NCBI GenBank assembly: GCA_902803785.1
Contig: CADCRE010000034.1
Span: 1 to 62,064, forward strand
Length of the DNA: 62,064 nt
Source of the DNA: an uncultured Erysipelotrichaceae bacterium
GTDB lineage: Bacteria > Bacillota_I > Bacilli_A > Erysipelotrichales > Erysipelotrichaceae
Direction: 5' to 3'
In this document: positions 8,558-15,358 of the stretch, piece after piece
Position numbering within the stretch: position 1 is the stretch's first letter
Layout of the letters: every line of letters starts with the position of its first letter
The notes under the pieces: generated by a model
Seen by the model: the letters and a program-made list of their open reading frames with translations, nothing else
The model's database searches: none
What the model was told of the DNA's origin: nothing
Translations under genes and position numbers: made by a program

Positions 8558-9591
8558 AGAAAGTCAGCAGCAGAGAACTGTCTTTCCCAAGTTCCAACGG
8601 AGTCGATCAGATCCATGTGCTGGCATACGTACCGGCAGATGAGATCAAGGGATATGTACAGATCGTTCATGATACATATGAGCACATCGGCATCTATGAA
8701 GATGTCATGAAGAGCTTTGCGTATCGGGGATATCTGGCGTTCGGTCATGACCATATGGGACACGGCGGATCAGTAAGCAAGGAAGAAGATCTGGGAAAAC
8801 TCAAAGGTAACAATAACTTTCAGAATCTCATAAGCGACACGAACCTGGCCTTTCTGCTCGTCTTCAATGAATATCCTCCAAAGGAGAAAAAAACATATAA
8901 GACTACAGTTGTCGAAAGAAAAGGACTCAAAAAGACAACGAAAGAATTGGAACTGGTAAAACCTCCGTTGCACGCAATCATAGGCGTTGGCTTCGGTTCC
9001 GCGATCGTCAGAAACTACGCAGTGATCTATAACGATATCAACTGCGTGTGTCTGTGCGGAGACAAGGGATTCCCGATCAACGGGAAACTGACGTTGATGA
9101 AATGCAATGCCGAGATCAGAAAACACGGAGAGGAAGCATATTCTGATAAGATCCCGGCCCTGATGGAAAAGAACTACCTGAAGGGGAAAGATGCGGATTA
9201 CAGATTCGACTGGAAGACTTCGAACAGAGAGCTGATCGAGATCTTCCGGAACGATCCGTCCTGCAACTTCGAGTATGATCTGAAGTATCTGAAGACCATC
9301 CTCGAGATGGAAAACAGCCTCGGACTGAGCGAATGGGCACAGGCCTATCCGCCGTACCTGGCGACCTATGTGGTCTCGGGTGAACAGGATCCGGTCAGCG
9401 ACAACGGACGGGAAGTCCACGTCATGCTGAAGTACTTCCAGCAGATGCGCAAGAAGAATCTGTTCTTCAAGATCTATAAGGGATACCACAATCTGTTTTT
9501 TGAAGATTGCCGCAACGAATTGATAAATAATCTGATCACATTAATGGAAGCTGTGGAAAAACAGCAATACGGAAACGTTGAGAATACATAA
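8554..9591 (+). CDS. alpha/beta-hydrolase-fold (lysophospholipase-like) protein with a degenerate nucleophile elbow
   Basis: GHDHMGHGGS, SGEQDPVSD and GYHNLFFE blocks align by eye to monoglyceride-lipase-type hydrolases. The GxSxG position reads GVGFG. A Lys-rich insertion and AT-richer codons are present. Confidence 0.6.
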   Translation: MKKVSSRELSFPSSNGVDQIHVLAYVPADEIKGYVQIVHDTYEHIGIYEDVMKSFAYRGYLAFGHDHMGHGGSVSKEEDLGKLKGNNNFQNLISDTNLAFLLVFNEYPPKEKKTYKTTVVERKGLKKTTKELELVKPPLHAIIGVGFGSAIVRNYAVIYNDINCVCLCGDKGFPINGKLTLMKCNAEIRKHGEEAYSDKIPALMEKNYLKGKDADYRFDWKTSNRELIEIFRNDPSCNFEYDLKYLKTILEMENSLGLSEWAQAYPPYLATYVVSGEQDPVSDNGREVHVMLKYFQQMRKKNLFFKIYKGYHNLFFEDCRNELINNLITLMEAVEKQQYGNVENT

Positions 9592-9609
9592 GGAGGAGAA
9601 GAGAGTAAT

Positions 9610-10470
9610 ATGTTAGTTTCAATGTTAGAAATCATGCAGCATGCGAAAAAGGGCGGCTACGGCGTCCTGGCACCGAACGTATTCAATGAGGATACTGTCA
9701 GAGTCTGTCTGGAAGCTGCTGTTGAACTGGATTCCCCGATCATCATCGATGTTCTGGAAAGCAACACCAAGGATCTCGTATCTTTCGGTAAGATGATCCG
9801 TCTGCTCGCTCACGAAGTGAGAGTACCTGTCGCGATCAACCTGGACCATGGCCAGAACGACGCTGCCTGCATGAAGGCGATCTATGGTGGATTCACCGGA
9901 ATCATGGTCGACAGATCTTTCCTGCCGTTTGAAGAGAACGCAAGAGAAGTCAGAAAGTTCAAGGAACTCTGCGCTCCGATCGGTGTCACTGTCGAAGCTG
10001 AATTCGGTCAGATCGCTGAAGGTGAAGAATACCTTGAAAAACGTGAAGAATACCTGACTGACCCGGAAATGGCCAAGAAGTTCGTCGAATTGTCCGGCTG
10101 TGACTGTCTGGCAGTTTCCATCGGTGAAGCTCACGGTGAATACGTCACCGAACCTGACATCGATTTCGAAAGACTGCAGAAGATCAAGGAAGCAGTCGAT
10201 GTACCTCTCGTATTCCACGGCGGTTCCTGGTCCGGTTTCGAAAACATCGCTAAGTGTTGCCAGATCGGCTGCCAGAAAGTAAACATGGGTTCTCATGCTT
10301 ACCAGAACGGTGTTGACAAGTACATGGAAGAACGTGCTAAAGGCAATCCAGATACGACTTCCGCAAGAACAGGCGGCAACATCATGTGGGCTGGTTACAA
10401 AGAGATCGTCATCAAGTACATGAAGTGCTGCGGTTCCGAAGGCAAGAACTGGTTAAAGATCGTAGACTAA
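9610..10470 (+). CDS. class II ketose-bisphosphate aldolase (FbaA/GatY/KbaY family)
   Basis: 286 aa with INLDHG and LVFHGGS metal/phosphate motifs. Strong RBS AGGAGG. Confidence 0.88.
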   Translation: MLVSMLEIMQHAKKGGYGVLAPNVFNEDTVRVCLEAAVELDSPIIIDVLESNTKDLVSFGKMIRLLAHEVRVPVAINLDHGQNDAACMKAIYGGFTGIMVDRSFLPFEENAREVRKFKELCAPIGVTVEAEFGQIAEGEEYLEKREEYLTDPEMAKKFVELSGCDCLAVSIGEAHGEYVTEPDIDFERLQKIKEAVDVPLVFHGGSWSGFENIAKCCQIGCQKVNMGSHAYQNGVDKYMEERAKGNPDTTSARTGGNIMWAGYKEIVIKYMKCCGSEGKNWLKIVD

Positions 10471-10502
10471 TACAAGAAGCAATACAAAAGGAGGGCTTTA
10501 CA

Positions 10503-11009
10503 ATGGGCAAGATTGTAAATGTTAGAATTGATGGAAGATTGATCCACGGTCAGGTATGTACTCAGTGGGTCCATCAGGTCGGTGCCAGGAAGATCTTTAT
10601 CATCGATGATATCATCGCAAAAGATGCGTTCCTGTCACAGATCTGTGTCATGGCATCGCCGGCAGGCACGACTCTGGAGTGCATTTCCACTGCAGATGCC
10701 GCAAAGCGCTGGAACGAGAATGAACTGGGTACAAATGATCCGATCTTCATCCTGTTCCAGACTCTGGATATGGCCATCAAGGCCTGGGATGCGGGATTCC
10801 ACTATCCGACTCTGAATTTCGGTACGACCCTGAACAAGGCCGGAATGATCCCGGTCGGTGTCGGTTCCATCCAGATGAAACCGGAACAGGCTCCGAAACT
10901 TCAGGAGATGCAGAACGGCGGTTGTGTGATCACGTTCCAGGTCACCCCGGGCGATCCGTGTTCTACCTGGGATTCTGTCAGAGACAAGAATTTCCCTGAT
11001 GTAAAGTGA
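10503..11009 (+). CDS. PTS mannose-family EIIB component
   Basis: ORF 10386..11009 trimmed to the ATG at 10503 behind AAGGAGG. Has the VRIDGRLIHGQV phospho-His motif. Confidence 0.88.
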   Translation: MGKIVNVRIDGRLIHGQVCTQWVHQVGARKIFIIDDIIAKDAFLSQICVMASPAGTTLECISTADAAKRWNENELGTNDPIFILFQTLDMAIKAWDAGFHYPTLNFGTTLNKAGMIPVGVGSIQMKPEQAPKLQEMQNGGCVITFQVTPGDPCSTWDSVRDKNFPDVK

Positions 11010-11017
11010 GGTAAATC

Positions 11018-11317
11018 ATGAACTATAAAGATTTGGTATGGGTCAGAAAACCGACAGCGGAACAGGCTGACCTGCTGAACAGCCAGCCGACCTGGGACCA
11101 CGAAGCCGGTGTCTGGGATGCGCATTACGACGAGAGACAGGAAACGTTCCTGGTCATCGAAGGCGAAGCATCCATCACGACGACCGAAGGACGTGTCTAC
11201 CGTTTCCAGGCAGGCGACCTTGTCACGGCAGCCAGAGATTTCGACTGTGTGTGGGAAGTTCCGAACTACATCAAGAAGCATTACATCTTCAACGCCAAAG
11301 AAGTGGAATGCGAATAG
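11018..11317 (+). CDS. small cupin-domain protein (DUF861-like)
   Basis: 99 aa single beta-barrel pattern (ETFLVIEGEASI...YRFQAGDLV). Starts 8 nt after EIIB. Confidence 0.6.
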   Translation: MNYKDLVWVRKPTAEQADLLNSQPTWDHEAGVWDAHYDERQETFLVIEGEASITTTEGRVYRFQAGDLVTAARDFDCVWEVPNYIKKHYIFNAKEVECE

Positions 11318-11340
11318 TTAGCTGAACAAGCGCTGAAACA

Positions 11341-11392
11341 AAAGGCATATAGGTGTTCCCCCAGTTAGTAATCACTTATATGCCTTTCTCTT
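11341..11392 (+). terminator. terminator-like long hairpin ending the PTS/Dha cluster
   Basis: AAAGGCATATAGGTG (11341-11355) pairs with CACTTATATGCCTTT (11373-11387), then CTCTT. Confidence 0.6.
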
Positions 11393-11425
11393 ACGTTGTA
11401 TAATTAATACCGGAGGAATTGAAGT

Positions 11426-11983
11426 ATGAAAGCCAAGATAGAAGGACTGACTGCCAAAGGCAACAATGTCTATGAAGATAATAAAGGAAGGACGTACCTG
11501 GCTGATCACAAGAACAGAGTTCTATATGCGATCGGCAAGGACAGCAAGAACCAGATGTCGTTCTATCAGCAGCGTCATCTGATCCCGATGATCCTTCTGG
11601 TACTGGTCGGATTCTATGTGAACTGGTATCTTGCGGTGGGACTTGCGTTAGCTTCGATCGTCGTTCTGGAATATCTGTACAATCAGGTCTTCCTGAAATC
11701 CCTGGTCAAGTACGAGAATATCGATATCCCGTCAGAACCGACTTTAAAAGACAAACTCGTGGAAGCTCCGCGCAAGAAGATCATCGCCGTACTGGTGATG
11801 AGTACTCTGTTGCCGATCCTTCTGGTCGCCAATCTGGTCGGAACGGTAAAATCGTTTGACAATCTCGTGAACGATCCGAACAATATGATCCTACTGGTCG
11901 TAAGTATCGCACTGATCGTATATGCGGTGAGATATGTCTACAGTTCGGTCGTAGCGTTGAGCAAACAGAATCAGAAAGCGTAA
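11426..11983 (+). CDS. hypothetical membrane protein
   Basis: 185 aa with about 4 hydrophobic spans. RBS GGAGGAAT. Monocistronic between two terminators. Confidence 0.6.
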   Translation: MKAKIEGLTAKGNNVYEDNKGRTYLADHKNRVLYAIGKDSKNQMSFYQQRHLIPMILLVLVGFYVNWYLAVGLALASIVVLEYLYNQVFLKSLVKYENIDIPSEPTLKDKLVEAPRKKIIAVLVMSTLLPILLVANLVGTVKSFDNLVNDPNNMILLVVSIALIVYAVRYVYSSVVALSKQNQKA

Positions 11984-11992
11984 GGACAGATG

Positions 11993-12019
11993 CCGATGTG
12001 AATACATCGGTTTTCTTTT
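11993..12019 (+). terminator. intrinsic terminator
   Basis: CCGATGT (11993-11999) pairs with ACATCGG (12004-12010), followed by TTTTCTTTT. Confidence 0.75.
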
Positions 12020-12028
12020 GAACTGTTC

Positions 12029-12058
12029 TTGTCACGGATCTTTCTGACAATTTATAAT
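12029..12058 (+). promoter_or_regulatory. promoter of the pruA-rocD operon (TTGTCA, 18 nt spacer, TATAAT)
   Basis: -35 TTGTCA at 12029-12034 and -10 TATAAT at 12053-12058. The spacer contains the inverted TGACAA and a GGATCTTTC motif. Confidence 0.55.
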
Positions 12059-12165
12059 TGATATAGATGGATATGATCCTTTGCCATAACAATAATATAG
12101 ACAGCGATGGATCTTTCCCTTAGAAAGATCTGCCTCTTTTCATTTAAATCAGAAAGGAAGAGACT

Positions 12166-13794
12166 ATGCCAAACGCCTATTTCACAATCGATCGTCCTGC
12201 AAACGACGCTTTTCGTGCTTATCTTCCCGGTTCGAAAGAGAGACGGGAACTGAAGGAGGAGCTTGAAAAACAGGCTTCTGAGGTCGTAAAGATCCCGTTG
12301 ATCATCGGCGGGAAAGAGATCTATACGGAAAAGACGTTCTCTGTCACGATGCCTCACGATCATAAACATGTGATCGCGGAGTGTTCGATCGCGGGAGAGA
12401 AGGAACTCAATATGGCGGTGGATGCCGCACTGGCTGCCAAGAAAGCCTGGGAAGAGATGCCTTGGGAACACCGTTCTGCGATCTTCCTGAAAGCTGCAGA
12501 TCGGATCACGGGATCCTATCGAAAGGTATTGAACGCTTCGACGATGCTGGGACAGTCCAAGACTGTATTCCAGGCGGAGATCGATATCGCTGAACTGGCG
12601 GATTTCCTGCGTTTCGGTGTCTGGTCGGCTCAGGAGATCTTCAAGGATCAGCCGGCTTCGACTCCGGGGATCTGGGACCGTCAGGACTACCGTCCGCTGG
12701 ATGGATTCATCAGTGCGATCACGCCGTTCAACTTCACTTCCATCGGTGGAAACCTTCCGACCGCTCCGGCGATCGTCGGAAACGTCGCAGTATGGAAACC
12801 TTCCCGTACGGCCGTCCTTTCCAACTATTACTACATGAAACTATTAATGGACTGCGGTCTTCCGGCAGGTGTCATCAACTTCGTTCCTTCCAACGGCAGC
12901 GATGTGGCGAAATACGTCATCTCCCGGAAAGAACTGGCAGGTTTCCATTTCACGGGTTCGACCGAAGTATTCCAGAGCGTCTGGAAACAGATCGGAGAGA
13001 ATATCGCTTCCTATCGCAACTACCCGCGCATCGTCGGTGAGACCGGCGGAAAGGATTTCATCTTCGCACACAAGAGCGCAGATATCCGTCCGCTGGCGGC
13101 AGCACTGATCCGCGGTTCCTTCGAATATCAGGGACAGAAGTGTTCCGCCTGTTCGAGAGCCTTCATTCCGGAAAGCATCTGGCCGAAGGTCCTCTCTACG
13201 ATGAAGGAGATGATGAAAGAGGTCAGGATGGGCGATGTGCAGGAATTCGATACCTTCCTGGCAGCCGTCATCGACAAGACTTCCTATGACCGCTGTCATG
13301 AATATCTGGACAGAGCGAAACAGAGTCCGGACTGCGAGATCGTGATCGGCGGTAACTGTGACGACTCCAAGGGCTGGTTCGTCGAACCGACCGTCATCGT
13401 CTGTAAGAAGCCGGATTATGAATCCATGGTCAAGGAGATCTTCGGACCGATCCTTTCCGTCTATGTCTATCCGGATGAGAAACTGGATGAGACCCTGAAG
13501 GTCTGCGATGAGGCGTCTCCGTACGCGCTGACCGGAGCTGTCTTCGCGCAGGATCGGGAGGCGATCGTGATGATGGAGAAGGCTTTACTGCATGCGGAAG
13601 GAAACTTCTATATCAACGATAAATGTACCGGTGCAGTCGTCGGCCAGCAGCCGTTCGGCGGGGCACGCCAGTCAGGTACCAACGACAAGGCCGGGACCGT
13701 TCTGAACATGATCCGCTGGATGAGCCCGCACTCCGTAAAGGAGACTTTCGATCCTTCGGATGCGATCGTATATCCGTATATGTCGGAAAAGTAA
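12166..13794 (+). CDS. pruA: L-glutamate gamma-semialdehyde (1-pyrroline-5-carboxylate) dehydrogenase
   Basis: 542-aa aldehyde dehydrogenase with FTGST, EYQGQKCSACSR (catalytic Cys) and ETGGKD motifs. Long-form P5CDH length, adjacent to rocD. Confidence 0.85.
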   Translation: MPNAYFTIDRPANDAFRAYLPGSKERRELKEELEKQASEVVKIPLIIGGKEIYTEKTFSVTMPHDHKHVIAECSIAGEKELNMAVDAALAAKKAWEEMPWEHRSAIFLKAADRITGSYRKVLNASTMLGQSKTVFQAEIDIAELADFLRFGVWSAQEIFKDQPASTPGIWDRQDYRPLDGFISAITPFNFTSIGGNLPTAPAIVGNVAVWKPSRTAVLSNYYYMKLLMDCGLPAGVINFVPSNGSDVAKYVISRKELAGFHFTGSTEVFQSVWKQIGENIASYRNYPRIVGETGGKDFIFAHKSADIRPLAAALIRGSFEYQGQKCSACSRAFIPESIWPKVLSTMKEMMKEVRMGDVQEFDTFLAAVIDKTSYDRCHEYLDRAKQSPDCEIVIGGNCDDSKGWFVEPTVIVCKKPDYESMVKEIFGPILSVYVYPDEKLDETLKVCDEASPYALTGAVFAQDREAIVMMEKALLHAEGNFYINDKCTGAVVGQQPFGGARQSGTNDKAGTVLNMIRWMSPHSVKETFDPSDAIVYPYMSEK

Positions 13795-13806
13795 GAAGAG
13801 GAGACC

Positions 13807-15000
13807 ATGTATACATCAAAAGAGATCATTGAAAAAACAAACAAGTACGGTGCGCATAACTATGCGCCGAAACCTGTCGTCGTCGTAAAAGCCGAAGGTG
13901 TGACTGTCACCGATCCGGAAGGAAGAGAATACTATGATATGCTGTCGGCCTATTCCGCACATAATTTCGGTCACCGTCATCCGGAGATCGTTGCGGCAGC
14001 CAAGGATCAGCTGGATAAATGTACACTGACCAGCCGTGCCTTCCATTGCGAGAACCTCGGTGAATTCTATGAGAGCCTGTCCAAACTTACGGGAAAAGAC
14101 ATGGTCCTGCCGATGAATACCGGTGCGGAAGCGGTCGAGACCGCATTAAAGACTGCCCGTCTGTGGGGGACAAAAGTCAAAGGCGTTGAGAACGGAAAAC
14201 AGGAGATCATCACCTGTGCCAACAACTTCCACGGACGTACGATCACCATCATCAGCTTCTCGACCGATCCTATGGCGAAGGACGGATACGGTCCGTATAC
14301 TCCGGGATTCAAGACGGTCCCGTACGGAGATGCGCAGGCACTGCGCGATGCGATCACACCGAATACGGTCGCTTTCCTGGCAGAACCGATCCAGGGTGAA
14401 GCGGGCATCATCCTGCCGCCGGAGGGATGGCTGAAGGAAGTCCGTGAGATCTGTACGGAAAACAATATCCTCTTCCTGGCAGATGAAGTTCAGACCGGAT
14501 TCGCACGTACGGGCGATATGTTTGCGTGCTGGCATGAAGGAGTGGAACCGGATATCTACATCATGGGCAAGGCACTCGGAGGCGGTGTCATTCCTCTGTC
14601 GGCGGTCGCAGCCAATGAAGACATCCTCGGTCTCTATACTCCGGGATCCCACGGTTCGACCTTTGGTGGAAATCCGCTGGCCTGTGCCTGCGGTATCAAG
14701 GTGATCGAGATCCTGCAGAGAGACGACTATCCGAAGATGGCACGGGAAAAGGGTGAATACTTCATGAACGGTCTTAAGAAGATCCATAATCCGGAGATCA
14801 AGGAGATCCGCGGAAGAGGACTTCTGATCGGTGTCGAATTCTATGGGGATGCCTTCGACTACGTGAAGGCGTGCATCCATGAGGGTGTCCTTTGCAAGGA
14901 GACGCATGACCATACGATCCGTTTTGCACCGCCGATCCCGATCACCTACGAAGAGCTCGACGAGGCTTTGGAACGTATCACGAGAGCACTCACAAAATAA
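13807..15000 (+). CDS. rocD: ornithine aminotransferase
   Basis: Class III aminotransferase: HNYAPKPVV, NTGAEAVE, DEVQTGFARTG and the PLP lysine context IMGKALGGG. 397 aa. Confidence 0.9.
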   Translation: MYTSKEIIEKTNKYGAHNYAPKPVVVVKAEGVTVTDPEGREYYDMLSAYSAHNFGHRHPEIVAAAKDQLDKCTLTSRAFHCENLGEFYESLSKLTGKDMVLPMNTGAEAVETALKTARLWGTKVKGVENGKQEIITCANNFHGRTITIISFSTDPMAKDGYGPYTPGFKTVPYGDAQALRDAITPNTVAFLAEPIQGEAGIILPPEGWLKEVREICTENNILFLADEVQTGFARTGDMFACWHEGVEPDIYIMGKALGGGVIPLSAVAANEDILGLYTPGSHGSTFGGNPLACACGIKVIEILQRDDYPKMAREKGEYFMNGLKKIHNPEIKEIRGRGLLIGVEFYGDAFDYVKACIHEGVLCKETHDHTIRFAPPIPITYEELDEALERITRALTK

Positions 15001-15012
15001 CAGATCGTTTCT

Positions 15013-15303
15013 ATGTCTGAGTTTTTGGAGATCGTTATGTTGCTGTGCTTCGGGTTCTCCTGGCCGATCAATGCCTGCAAGGCATGGAAGGCGAGGAATA
15101 CGAAAAGTACAAGCCTGCTGTTCCTGTTATTGATCCTGTTCGGTTATGTGTGCGGGATCCTGGCGAAACTGACCAATCCGGCCTACATGTCTGAATTCTC
15201 AAAGAAATGGTATGTACTGTCGGTCTACGTTGTGAATCTGGTCAGTCTCATCATCAACCTGCTTGTCTATTTCCGCAATCGAATGATCGAAAAAAGACAG
15301 TAA
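15013..15303 (+). CDS. 3-TM PQ-loop-like (SemiSWEET-sized) membrane protein
   Basis: 96 aa with three hydrophobic helices. FSWPINACKAWKARNTKSTSLLF resembles the PQ-loop (LPQ..K..K.KST.G.S) after TM1. Starts 12 nt after rocD. Confidence 0.55.
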   Translation: MSEFLEIVMLLCFGFSWPINACKAWKARNTKSTSLLFLLLILFGYVCGILAKLTNPAYMSEFSKKWYVLSVYVVNLVSLIINLLVYFRNRMIEKRQ

Positions 15304-15307
15304 AGAA

Positions 15308-15335
15308 AAGGCAGTTCCCTCATAGGAACTGCCTT
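15308..15335. terminator. bidirectional terminator hairpin
   Basis: AAGGCAGTTCC pairs with GGAACTGCCTT. It has A/T runs on both sides and lies between convergent genes. Confidence 0.8.
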
Positions 15336-15358
15336 TATAAAATACGACTGTATTGTTT

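Noticed and set aside
10386-10502. Upstream extensions of track ORFs: EIIB from 10386, the unknown protein from 40564, ulaE from 42269, the lipoprotein from 56319, the DUF4139-like gene from 31165, and the SBP from 1093.
   Set aside because: In each case an internal ATG is preceded by a good SD and yields the family-typical N-terminus or signal peptide. The extensions overlap the preceding gene or a terminator.
12036-12044. The first GGATCTTTC copy as the antiterminator partner of the leader hairpin upstream of pruA.
   Set aside because: It lies inside the promoter spacer, upstream of the -10, so it would not be transcribed. It also has the same polarity as the 5' arm of the hairpin. It can only be a DNA-level site.
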